Positions 12,186 through 23,679 of a DNA stretch of 41,453 bases are shown here, in pieces. The notes beneath the pieces are model-generated. The model did no database searches. It was not told the DNA's origin and saw nothing but the letters and a program-made list of their open reading frames with translations. The first letter of the stretch is position 1; each line of letters begins with the position of its first letter. The position numbers and the translations under genes were made by a program. Source of the stretch: Octopus bimaculoides (taxonomy: Eukaryota); the NCBI RefSeq assembly GCF_001194135.2, contig NC_069002.1, positions 11,416,349-11,457,801 of the forward strand, written 5' to 3'.

Positions 12186-12513
12186 ATGGTGGACTCTCTC
12201 TGTCTTCTCCTGTCGCAAACGACAGGTGAGGGCTGCACACTTTCTTGCCGAACAAGCTGCTCAAGATGATTTGTTTGTAATGATAAAATATTTGAACTGA
12301 ACGTTAACTCACTTCCTTTATCGAATCGATTTTGCTTGTGCAGGTGCATGGTGTGCCACAACGTCAGATATCGAAATAAGATCACAAAGCAAAATGGAAT
12401 GAAATAATGAAGTGTTTGTCCCAAGAACACAACACACGTCCGGTCCGGGAATCGAAGCAAAAAAAGATAGAGACTGTGAGAACAAAACGCTCGCCAATCG
12501 GCAGCGCGTCTTC
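12186..12513 (-). mobile_element. tRNA-derived SINE (family C), near full length
   Basis: B box gcttcgattcc (reverse complement of 12448-12458); central block tgtgttcttg(g/a)..aaacacttcat shared with 21091-21128; 3' hairpin cctgtcg-tttg-cgacagg followed by gagagtccacca. Confidence 0.75.
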
Positions 12514-12794
12514 ACTACCGAGCATTATTATCATCATTACACAAACATAAGCGAGTCAGCCAAGGTGGCGTCCTCAAACATTGGATATATTGTATTACCG
12601 TCACTATATGACATCATTAAGTATCAGATAAGGGTGTCCGGACACCCTCATTATACTTGTTTATCGTCGCCCCATTACATCATGAGAGTATTCGCAAAGA
12701 CAACTCTATACCGAGAATATTTAACATGATCATGTTAAAAACATTGCCAATGTATTAGTTAAGCTGTTTGTTAATATTACTTAAATTATCGGCT

Positions 12795-12936
12795 AATATT
12801 CCTTTCTACTATAAGCACAAGGCCTGAAATTTGTGGGGAAGAGGTAAGTCGATTACATCTACTCCGGTGGAATTTGAACTCAGAACATAAAGACAGACGA
12901 AATACCGCTAAGCATTTCGCCCGGCGTGCTAACGAT
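12795..12936 (-). mobile_element. Truncated, internally deleted tRNA-derived SINE (family D)
   Basis: B box gagttcaaattcc (reverse complement of 12869-12881), tRNA-like head cgttagcacgccgggcgaaatgcttagcgg, and 3' end tagtagaaaggaatatt. Confidence 0.65.
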
Positions 12937-12985
12937 GAGTACAGTGAGGAGTATTAGACTTTTAGGTGTAGAATTAATCTGTGAC

Positions 12986-13350
12986 ATTTGGGGATGGTCA
13001 TGTTGCTAGTTTAGCCAATAAAAACACACGCACTATATATTCGGTGTTCACTTGCTTCAGCTTTATTCTATATTAATTGTATTTCGGCCAGCGTTCTTTC
13101 GTCACACCTCTGTGACCTCATCAATGGTCCTTTCTTTTCTTCTTTCTTTTTTCTGTTTCTCCTTACTAACGATCTGCCATTTTGTATGATACAAAAAGCA
13201 AAGGACCACTGATGAGGTAACAGAAGTGTGACAAAAGCACTGTGGCCGAAATGCAATTAATATAAAAACAAAGCTGAAGCGAGTGAACACCAAATATATA
13301 TAGTGCGTGTGTTTTCATTGGCTAAACTGGCAACATGACCATCCCCAAAT
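12986..13350. mobile_element. Head-to-head inverted pair of ~150-bp pLTR-like arms, each beginning with a degenerate hammerhead (Penelope-like non-autonomous element)
   Basis: Arm 12986-13132 aligns along its length to the reverse complement of 13201-13350 around a ~68-bp spacer. HHR-like motifs lie at 13086-13130 (-) and 13203-13247 (+). Confidence 0.8.
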
Positions 13351-13545
13351 ATAACAATATCTGTTTCAACACACGAATTCACATCAAGTATCTTGCGAAA
13401 CGAATTTATAAATGTAATCTGTGACAAATATAATAGAATGTGGAAAACGCTGAAATTGCATACCTAACCATACAGTCATCTGCGTAGGCATACAGATAAA
13501 GACAAACACACTAGTGTATACACGCGCTCACACACACACATGCAT

Positions 13546-13595
<50 letters not shown>

Positions 13596-13744
13596 GTATC
13601 AATACATACACACATATACGTGTACAAATCTACACAGACGCACTGAGTGAATAGTGACATTGATGTGCACACGTATAGAAACACATTACTGAATGAAACA
13701 TACGACTCTTTAATTGAGCCAACAAATGTTCGTCTATATGACGG

Positions 13745-14058
13745 TTAGAGGGAGAAAGAAGAGGCGCAGAGAGAGGCAGAATTAGAGAGGGGGAGAGAGA
13801 GGCAGAGTGGGGGAGAGAAAGAGAAAGAGGTGGGGAGAGAGAAAGGGATAGAGCGGGCGAGAGGGAGACAGACTGAAAGAGAGGAGAAGAGTAATTTTGT
13901 TTGCGAATAGAGAGTAATATAGTGTCTAGATGAGAGAGAGAGGGGGGAGAGAGAAGATGCTATATAGAGGAGGAAGAAGGAAGAGAGGATGGGATAAAGA
14001 GAGGATGGGATAAAGAGAGGAGAGATGGGAGTGAGAATGAGAGAAACAGGAGAGAAAA

Positions 14059-14105
<47 letters not shown>

Positions 14106-14424
14106 GAAAAATGTATTAAATAGAGGGCAAAGAACAGATACTTAAGAAAAAGAAATGCATATATATAATGAGGGAGAGAGAGAGAGAGAGAGAAGGAAAG
14201 AGAAAGAGAGAGAGAGAGAGAGAGAAGGAAAGAGAAAGAGAAAGAGAAAGAGAAAGAGAAAGAGAAAGAGAGAGATAGAAGGAAAGAGAAAGAGAGAGAG
14301 AGAGAGAAGGAAAGAGAAAGAGAGAGAGAGAAAGAAAGAGAAAGAAAGAGAGAGAGAGAAAGAAAGAAAGAGAGAGAGAAAGAAGGAAAGAGAAAGAGAG
14401 AAGGAGAGAAAGAAGGAAAGAGAA

Positions 14425-14487
<63 letters not shown>

Positions 14488-14546
14488 GAAAGAANNNNNN
14501 NNNNAAGGAAAGAGAAAGAGAGAAGGAGAGAAAGAAGGAAAGAGAA

Positions 14547-14609
<63 letters not shown>

Positions 14610-14626
14610 GAAAGAAGGAAAGAGAA

Positions 14627-14657
<31 letters not shown>

Positions 14658-14720
14658 TAGAAAGAAAGAAAGAGAGAGAGAGAGAAAGAAAGAGAAAGAG
14701 AGAGAGAGAAAACGATGACG
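13745..14720. repeat. Purine-rich (AG)n/(AAAG)n low-complexity tract with embedded (GT)n
   Basis: Read directly; contains a 10-N gap at 14495-14504. Confidence 0.95.
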
Positions 14721-15899
14721 ATAGACAAGGACAAGCAGAAGATTGATAGAATGAAAGCGAGAAGTGGGGGAAAATGGAGAGATTAGTGAAAAAGAGGGGG
14801 GAAGAGAAGAATAGCGTCGTGTTTGCCAGAGGAGATGAAGAAAAAAGCGAGAATGAGGGATAAAGAAGAGAATTGGGGAACGAGTGAGAACAGAAAGAAT
14901 GGAAGGGAGTGAGGGAGAGGAAGAGAGTGCAAGAATGAGCAGAAGAGAGACGTAAACACGAAATATAAAGCAGCAATTAAATAGACAACATATTTAAACA
15001 AATATTGCAAATACGAGGGTTAAAATAAGAAGAAATTGTTTGAGAAGGCAGGGTGCGGCGGAAGAAGGAGATTTAGAGAAGGGTGACAAGGAGGATAAGT
15101 GGGAGGAAGGAACACTGTGTGTGTGTGTTTGTGTGTGTGTGTGTGAGAGAGTCTTTGTATGTGTGTGTTGGTGTGTGTAAGAGAATTTGTGTGTGTGTGT
15201 TTGTGTTTGTAAAGTTGAAGTAGAGAAGTGGAAAAAGAGATAAAGTGACAAGCGGATAGATAGACAAAGAGAAAGAGAGACAAAGAGAGAGAGAGAGACA
15301 AAGAGAAAGAGTGAGAGACAAATAGAAAGAGAGAGAGAGACAAAGAGAAAGAGAGAGGAGAAATAGTGACAGAAAGTAATTGAGAGTGTGAGAGAGTGAG
15401 AGACAGAGATTTAAACGATATACAAATCACTGGAATAAAGCTAAAGCAAACGACACTATTGAGCAAATATTGCAAGTAAGGCAGAAATAAATGAATGAGT
15501 GAGAGAGAAGAAGAAGGAGAACGAGAAAGAGAGCGAAAGAAGGACAGGGATTGAGTAAGCGAGAGAGAGAGAAAGGGAGAGCGATAGAGAGATAGAGATG
15601 TGCAAACAGCAGCACAAACCACCAAATAAATAGACAACGTATTTTGTGCAAACATTACAAATAGAACAAAAAACAAAATGGAAAACGAAACAAAATCGGT
15701 GAAAGAAATAAAAAAGGAAAAAATGTAAAAAAGAATAGAAATGAAGAAAAAGAAGAGGAATAAATAGATAAATAAATAGAGATTTAGAAATGTAGAAAGA
15801 GAAAAAGACAGAAAGAAAGAAGTGAATAAAGGAAGGAAAGAAGAGATACAAAATGGCGGTAAAGGGGAAAAGATCGGGGAGGAGGGAAGAAAAAGGAAG

Positions 15900-15950
15900 A
15901 AAGAAAGGAATAAAGGAGAAGGAGGAGGAGGAGGAGGAGGAGGAGGAGAA

Positions 15951-15985
<35 letters not shown>

Positions 15986-16050
15986 AGAAGAAGAAGAAGA
16001 AGAAGAAGAAGAAGAAGAAGAAGAAAAAGAATAATAATAATAAGAAGAAA
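15900..16050. repeat. (GGA)n-(AAG)n-(AAT)n compound microsatellite
   Basis: Read directly. Confidence 0.95.
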
Positions 16051-16454
16051 GACATTTGATTTCCGAAATGTTTTAGAAATAAATAAATGTCTTCGAAAGA
16101 CACAGATTTTGGACTTCCAGAAAGCAGAAGTGACTTGACAAATAGTTGTAAGTAATGAAACCATGTAAAGACAAGAAATGCGAGAAGAAACGACTCAGGA
16201 ACACCTTTCGCATGAAAAAGCAATAGTTAAGTGAGTGATCTTGTTTAATATAATGAATCTGAAACAACTTAATTGATTAAATTTGTAGTCGTGGTGGAGA
16301 GGCGAAATCTTCGTTAGCTTAATGCGTAATCTTGGTCAGAAAAAGGCAAGAGGAGATAATCTCGACATTTTAAAGTGATTAAATTTTAATTACGATTTGA
16401 ATAATGTATGGTATGCAGTGGGAACGAGTTTGATCTTTTGTAAGTACGGTGGTA

Positions 16455-16499
16455 ACTCTTGACATATTTCGGCTTTATGAAACCTCATCAATGAAGTAG
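16455..16499 (-). ncRNA. Near-intact minimal type I hammerhead ribozyme-like motif
   Basis: ACUACUUCA-UUGAUGA-GGUUU(CAUA)AAGCC-GAAA-U(AU)G-UC-AAGAGU: C3U variant, 5-bp stem II, GUC triplet, imperfect stem I (ACU.CUU/AAGAGU). Confidence 0.6.
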
Positions 16500-16724
16500 T
16501 TTAGCCAAAATTATCACTTTAAGGATGACTTGAATGAGATGTAGAATTTTGTAGAATTTCCCTACCTACGTTTCAACATTGTGGCTATTTGCAAATTGCA
16601 ATGGTTGTTCCTAGTGCAATTTGAGTGCTGAACCACAATATTTGATCTGTGTAACATAATGCTATAAAGTGTTGCAGTGACGAAGTGTTGTGATTTAGCA
16701 CCGAATTGTATTTGGCGCATCCAG

Positions 16725-16773
16725 TCCAGAAGATACAAATAACCATACTGGTGAAACGTACGTAGGGAATAAA
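16725..16773 (+). ncRNA. Degenerate hammerhead-like motif followed by AATAAA (pLTR-type end)
   Basis: CAGAAGA...GU-GAAAC-GUAC-GUA-GGG-AAUAAA: palindromic stem III ACGUACGU, GUA triplet, U4A change and decayed stem II. Confidence 0.4.
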
Positions 16774-16929
16774 CTACATATTTTGTTTATCATAATTTCT
16801 CTAACTTTTGTTCCGTATATCATCACCAGTGGCAATACTAAGTATAGTACTAACGGTACATTATACTGGAAGCAGATTAAATCGACACGGAATCAACAGT
16901 AACGGCCGTGCATCTGTGTAAACAAGATA

Positions 16930-16954
16930 TGCAATACATACATACACACATACA

Positions 16955-16988
<34 letters not shown>

Positions 16989-17400
16989 CATACATACGTA
17001 CACACACATACACATGGATTGATAATAGATTTATAATTAAAAAAATTTGTGAAATTGTGTATGAAAGTATACATGTACTTATGTATATATGTATGTATGT
17101 AGGTATACATGTTTGAATGCATGTATGTATGTATGTATGTATGTGTGTATGTATGTATGTATGAATGTATGTATGTATGTAGGTAGGTTGATAGGTAGGT
17201 AGGTAGGTAGGTAGGTAGGTAGGTAGGTATGTATGTAAGTATGTACGCATGTATGCTTGTCTGTATGTTTCTATGGGTATATCTATGCATTTATATCTGT
17301 ATGTATGTATGCTTGTATGTATATATCTATGCAAGTATGTATATATGCTTGCATGTATGTATGTTTTGTATGTACATGTGTATGCCCGTAATCATTATGT
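16930..17400. repeat. (CATA)n/(TATG)n/(TAGG)n tetranucleotide microsatellites
   Basis: Read directly. Confidence 0.9.
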
Positions 17401-17595
17401 GTGTATGCATGTATATATTGTCGACATCGAAATCGAAGCCTTTAAAATCTGCAGCGTTAATATTCCGATGTTGATCAGGCTTCTCACAGCCAAATTAATT
17501 TACCGACAAATAGAAAATAAAATTTCTCATTTTGTCAATATAATAGAACAGAAACCGTCTTATCTAATTCTCCATATTGTGCCTTTTGATTATAT

Positions 17596-17790
17596 TTTAT
17601 CTTTCACTTGTTAGTCATTAGACTGCGGCCATACTGGGGCACTGCCTTGAAGATTTCAAGTCAAACAAACCGATTTCTGTACATATTTTTATTATCAACT
17701 CTCATACTTATTCTATCTTTTCTTTGCCGAACTGCTAAGCAAACCGACACCGGTTATCAAGCCGTGGTAGTGGGTGACAAAGACACACAC
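17596..17790 (-). mobile_element. SINE family A, 3' half (degenerate)
   Basis: Matches the reverse complement of 31560-31785 and 36197-36385 (ttagtcatt.gactgcggccat.ctggggcactgcc...tacttattctatc...ttgccgaactgctaag...gacaaagacacacac). Confidence 0.75.
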
Positions 17791-18729
17791 TCACTCGCTC
17801 ACACGCTCATACATATACGGAGTCTGATCAAATTTTGTCAAAAGCTTGGCGATACCTGCTCAGAGGCCTACACAAAGTTGTCAAGAAGTTTTCATCGTTC
17901 TCGACACAATCAGGGAGATTTTGTGCAACTGAAACCCGAGTGTCTTTTCGGTGATGGTGGTGGTGGTGGTGATGGTGTTTATCGCTAAGTCCAGTCAACC
18001 CTGATTGCGCAGTCTTGTGACCCGACCCGTTCCAGCATCGACCATTTCATATTTTGGTGGTTATTTAGGACAACACCACCCTATGAGTCCTTCTCATTTT
18101 CGACGTAACTTTCCTATACGACATTGCTTTTTCTTTAAAAAAAACAATGCAGTGTCATTTCAAAGATATTTGACTGTTATTTCCTGCAAACCAAACATCC
18201 AGATAGGACTTGCCATGTAGAAGCTCATACGCATTTCCTGTGATTTCCGAGTCGATGTTTTTGATCAAAGAATGACACAAAAAGGGAACCGGCCAGGAAG
18301 TTTACAGCACGCAGTCTTGCGGCACTAAATGCCAATAATAATATTTCTGTTAGCGTTTTCTAAGATCTTTCCATTGATACGGCATTTAAAGAACGCCTCA
18401 CCAGCACAAAACTTCAGGTAGTAAAATTTAGCAATAATAATTAGTGACATACGCACAGAAACAAACGCCTGTATATGCATAAGCATACGCGCAGTCGCAC
18501 ATATGCTCAGCTTTTCCTCCATTTTTATCAAATCTCGCATCTAAGATAGAAGCTCTTCTCCTTTTATCTCTTCCCTTTTATCTGTAAACATTCTTTGCTC
18601 TTTATGCTTTTGTTTGCTTTTCTTACTGCCACTCTCTAGCATCTTCGTACGTGCGTATATATACACGTGTATGTATATATACATATGTGTGTGTATGTGT
18701 GTGTGTGTGTGTGTGAACGTGAATGTGTT

Positions 18730-18783
<54 letters not shown>

Positions 18784-19185
18784 TGCATAAACGTCTATTA
18801 ACAAGTTTATTTGAAAGGTTGTATGTATATGGATTAACACATATATGCACATGTGTGTGTGCATGTCTAAATGAATCTATCTATCTATCTGTCTACACAC
18901 GCGCGCACACACACACATATATATATACACGCATACACACTCACATGAAAACATCTATTCATTTAATCTTATATATATGTAGACATATATANNNNNNNNN
19001 NNNNNNNNNNNNNNNNNNNNNNNNNNNNNNNNNNNNNNNNNNNNNNNNNNNNNNNNNNNNNNNNNNNNNNNNNNNNNNNNNNNNNNNNNNNNNNNNNNNN
19101 NNNNNNNNNNNNNNNNNNNNNNNNNNNNNNNNNNNNNNNNNNNNNNNNNNNNNNNNNNNNNNNNNNNNNNNNNNNNNNNNNNNNN

Positions 19186-19221
<36 letters not shown>

Positions 19222-19563
19222 CTGTGTTCGCGTCTGTGTGTATGTATGTACTTGCGTATATGTGCCATGTGACTGCTGCTCCTCTCACCATTCACATTTA
19301 TTCTAACCTCGTTACCGCCCTCCCACACACACCTCCCCTTATTTCCGTCTCTTCTCATTACAACAGAGGTGCATGTTCTCCGTATAAGCATGTTTGCATC
19401 ATGCATGCGTATATGTATATGATGCGTGTGTATATGTATATGATGCATGCGTTAGGGCGTATGCCATTCACACACAAAGGCACACACACACACACATCCA
19501 CAGTGAGCACTTTTCTATGTAATTATGTGCAAACCTGTATGTGTGCATATGTGTGCGAGGCGA

Positions 19564-19668
<105 letters not shown>

Positions 19669-20039
19669 GCAAAGAGAGAAGGGTTAGGGTATGAAATCGT
19701 TAGGCGTTGGGGTTAAGAAGCAGTTGGTGGATGGGTGGTTGTGTTGGGAGGACCTGTTTAATTAAAGCTTTATTTGCGGAAATTTCGGTTTTTAAAAATC
19801 TCGACAATCAATTAACATCGTAATAATAGGGAGACTTGTAGCAATAGCAACAACAACAACAACTTCAGTAAAACAGAAGCAGTAGGAGTAGCAGTAGCAG
19901 CAGTAGTAGCAAAGACAACAGCAAATACAATAAGAGCAAGAACAATAAAGGCGACAAATGGAATGATCTAGAATGATAGTTACAACTAAAACAACAATAA
20001 CAGCCAGCTTGGGGATGTTGCAACAACAACAAAGGTAAA

Positions 20040-20040
20040 G

Positions 20041-20078
<38 letters not shown>

Positions 20079-20246
20079 GGCGGCGACAGCAGCAGCAGCA
20101 GCAGTAGTGGTAGTAGCAGCAGTAGTAGTAGCGTAAAAATAGAAAGAACGGCTGCGACAGCAATGGTGGCGTTTACAATGAATGCTAACGACAGCAAGAA
20201 AACAACTATGATAAGTTTTACGAAAAAAATCTGTAACATGTAAAAG

Positions 20247-20290
<44 letters not shown>

Positions 20291-20330
20291 TGTAGTAGTA
20301 GTAGTAGTAGTAGTGGTAGTAGTAGTAGAG
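20040..20330. repeat. (CAT)n-(GCA)n-(AGT)n compound microsatellite
   Basis: Read directly. Confidence 0.9.
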
Positions 20331-20439
20331 AGGGAGAGAGAAGGAGAGGGAGAGTGTGAGAAAAGAGAAATAGAGAAGGATACTGGGAAAACAGAGAGGG
20401 TAGGAGACCCAGGAAGAATGAGTGGGAAAGGAAATAAGT

Positions 20440-20475
<36 letters not shown>

Positions 20476-20589
20476 TGTGTGAGTATATATGCTGCTGAAC
20501 TGCGTCGAACAAAGGGGAGAGGAGTGCTCAATGCTTGCTGTTGAGGATGAGGTTTATTGAAACTCAATGCTTATCTGGTGACTTAAGTT

Positions 20590-20940
20590 TCATGCCACTG
20601 CGATCTTCAAGCAAGAACTGTTACAACTCGTTTTGCGTACAACAATAAATTTGGATTCAAAGACGACGACTATTTAATATCTTGCCAAAATATTTGAGAG
20701 GTCTACACCGAGCAGTTGGGCGGGGTAGATGTTTTCAAGAAACAACTCGATTTCCTGCTGTGCAATGTACCAGAGGAACCTAACATTACGGCAAGAAACT
20801 AGAAAGGGAGCAATAGTATCGAACTGACTCCTTCATCAAAAATCCAATCACAAAAGAATGACTATTTAAAACGTGATAACACTGGAGGTGCCCCAGCATG
20901 GCCATAGTCTTTGGACTTAAACGCATAAAAGAATAAAAGA
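20590..20940 (+). mobile_element. CR1-clade LINE 3' end (ORF2 C-terminus and 3' UTR), decayed
   Basis: Across frameshifts it reads GFK..RRLFNILPKYLRGLH..VDVFKKQLDFLLCNVPEEP..TLRQETRKGAIVSN*LLHQ, the typical CR1 C-terminal pattern. The terminus is ggtgccccagcatggccatagtc...taaaagaataaaaga. Confidence 0.75.
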
Positions 20941-20973
20941 ATATATGTGCATGTGTGCGTGTGTATGTGTGTC

Positions 20974-21020
<47 letters not shown>

Positions 21021-21024
21021 CTAC

Positions 21025-21207
21025 GCGCATAGCCTAGTGGTTAGACTGTTGCACTTACGTTCGCTAGATTGTGGGTAAGACTCCCAGTTGGGTAGCGCGG
21101 TGTGTTCTTGAGCAAAAACACTTCATTTCACGTTGCACAAGTCCCCCTTCGATCAGTTGTGGGAATGTTGACCTACTCGCCTAGCCAGCAGAGTGGCATC
21201 ATTCGAT
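21025..21207 (+). mobile_element. tRNA-derived SINE 5' part, cut by an assembly gap
   Basis: A box tagcctagtgg (21030-21040), degenerate B box, and central block tgtgttcttgagcaaaaacacttcatttcacgttgc shared with the 12186-12513 SINE. Confidence 0.7.
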
Positions 21208-22772
21208 NNNNNNNNNNNNNNNNNNNNNNNNNNNNNNNNNNNNNNNNNNNNNNNNNNNNNNNNNNNNNNNNNNNNNNNNNNNNNNNNNNNNNNNNNNNNN
21301 NNNNNNNNNNNNNNNNNNNNNNNNNNNNNNNNNNNNNNNNNNNNNNNNNNNNNNNNNNNNNNNNNNNNNNNNNNNNNNATATATCCGATGGTGAGGGAGC
21401 GATTTCTTGCATGCCTTTTTTAATTAGCTTCTATTCAGCAGCTAATACTTGGCTGTTATTTTTCTGCCGCATCATTGGTTACTTTTGTGACACACTGTAT
21501 ATTTTCCTTCTATTTGTTCAGGAGGAAACAAAGTTTTTTAATCCGTTTTGTTGTATTATTTGCATCGCGCTGTATATTTTCATCTAATTAAAATGGTCCT
21601 ACGCTTCTTTTGGTCAAATTTATTTTGGGTATGCGTTGTATTAAGTTTGTAAATATTGATGCCATGCTACGATGTTTTTAGTTGGTGAGAATTTTTGTTT
21701 CGATCAAAGTTAGGGAAATTTTAATGATTTGTTTGTTTGTGTGTGTGTGTGTGTGTGTATGTAGTGGTGGTGGTGGTAGTAGTAGATAGTAGTGGGTTGA
21801 AAAATTTAACAATAAAACTAATTAAAGACGTATTTATTTATGCGGGAGTTTAATAATGGCTGATAGTGTAAGTGGGTATTTCATGCTTGAACACCTTTTC
21901 CTAATGTGTTTCAATTTTTGGTTTGGTTTAGTTTGGTCAAGAATGGAGATTTTTAATGGGTAAGGATTAAGGTATAGAACGAATTAAATGTTCTCTTTGT
22001 TTATATCATTATTTTTTTAATTATGAATTTTCAATTTTTGGAGCTGTTTGCTTGGTTAAGGTGTTTCATTTGTCTTGTGTACTAAAACATATGGTTCAGT
22101 ATGTTTGTGCACCTGTGCATGTCAGCAAGAGCTTGATTTTAATTGCTCTTAGTGTATGTATAAGTTTCGTGTTCGCTGTGAGTTTAACTTGGGTCAACTA
22201 ACCGCAATTCGATTCTCGGTGGCTTATTTTGTTCACACATACATATATATATATATATANNNNNNNNNNNNNNNNNNNNNNNNNNNNNNNNNNNNNNNNN
22301 NNNNNNNNNNNNNNNNNNNNNNNNNNNNNNNNNNNNNNNNNNNNNNNNNNNNNNNNNNNNNNNNNNNNNNNNNNNNNNNNNNNNNNNNNNNNNNNNNNNN
22401 NNNNNNNNNNNNNNNNNNNNNNNNNNNNNNNNNNNNNNNNNNNNNNNNNNNNNNNNNNNNNNNNNNNNNNNNNNNNNNNNNNNNNNNNNNNNNNNNNNNN
22501 NNNNNNNNNNNNNNNNNNNNNNNNNNNNNNNNNNNNNNNNNNNNNNNNNNNNNNNNNNNNNNNNNNNNNNNNNNNNNNNNNNNNNNNNNNNNNNNNNNNN
22601 NNNNNNNNNNNNNNNNNNNNNNNNNNNNNNNNNNNNNNNNNNNNNNNNNNNNNNNNNNNNNNNNNNNNNNNNNNNNNNNNNNNNNNNNNNNNNNNNNNNN
22701 NNNNNNNNNNNNNNNNNNNNNNNNNNNNNNNNNNNNNNNNNNNNNNNNNNNNNNNNNNNNNNNNNNNNNNNN

Positions 22773-22810
<38 letters not shown>

Positions 22811-23255
22811 AATGCGTACGCACCCACATCATAAATATAAACAAACATACACATTTATTGAAGAGTTTTCTGAGGTAAAACATTTTTTAGAGCAACATGA
22901 TTTTAGGCTCACTGCTGAAAATTAAACAAGTTGGATAAAATACAGTTATTTTTAATCAATCTTTCCCTGAGGAGAGAAAGATTATTTCACCTGACTAGTT
23001 TTTAATCTTCTTAGGTCTTCTCATACAAAAAGAATAGACATTTTCTTTCTAGAAAGAGAATAGTAGCTTATAGTTATTTATAGGGAAAATAATCTTGTAC
23101 ACATTGGAATTAGTCAGGTATGTATATATTGAACATTGTATAAAAATGATAAATTTTACATTGATTTTTAAATTATCTAAAATCTATCTAAAATGCTCGT
23201 AAATACCTTATATGTGTGTGTGTGTAATATGTATATGTATGTACATATATATATG

Positions 23256-23290
<35 letters not shown>

Positions 23291-23679
23291 TAAGAATAGG
23301 ATTTCAAAGAATCGCACAGAACTCACTCACACCAAGCTCCTCGTCAGATGCGTGGCATTCGAGAAACACCGTGAAAGTTTGGCGTTTTAACCTGCCATGA
23401 AATGTTCTGAACTGCAGTCTGTTCGTTATGTTACAGCACAGTTATATTTATTGGTGTATATATATTCATCTGTACATTCATTTATATATGTTTGATGGAT
23501 GATGCAGATTACGAAACTGCTACCAAGTAGTAGAATAAACATTTATTCTTGCAATTCATTTCTCTTATCTGGTCAGTTTAACTATCTATCTATCTATCTA
23601 TCTATATATTTATCTATCTATTTCTCCCTCTCTCTCTCTCTACACACACACACAGATGTGTGAATTGGAAGGTATATGT

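Noticed and set aside
12986-13350. DNA-transposon MITE interpretation of the long inverted repeat
   Set aside because: No clear TSD or recognisable TIR end motif; the inner ends of the arms carry hammerhead cores, which points to a Penelope-like origin.
14361-14640. Direct duplication of AG-rich sequence around the 10-N gap
   Set aside because: Probably overlapping contig ends (scaffolding artefact) in low-complexity DNA.
18030-18226. Decayed repeat resembling 25270-25445 (gatatttg.ctg.tattt...ca.gta.aa.ct)
   Set aside because: The similarity is limited to a short motif, so I could not set boundaries or a class.
21400-22240. Possible Penelope GIY-YIG or LINE coding relic on the minus strand (LTCTG..., NTLTK)
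   Set aside because: The matches are too short, with many stops and no convincing motif.
23343-23349. Isolated CUGANGA heptamers (also near 6769, 10894, 25323, 25421, 27655, 29548, 35014, 38214)
   Set aside because: No correctly spaced stem II plus GAAA plus NUH; expected by chance.
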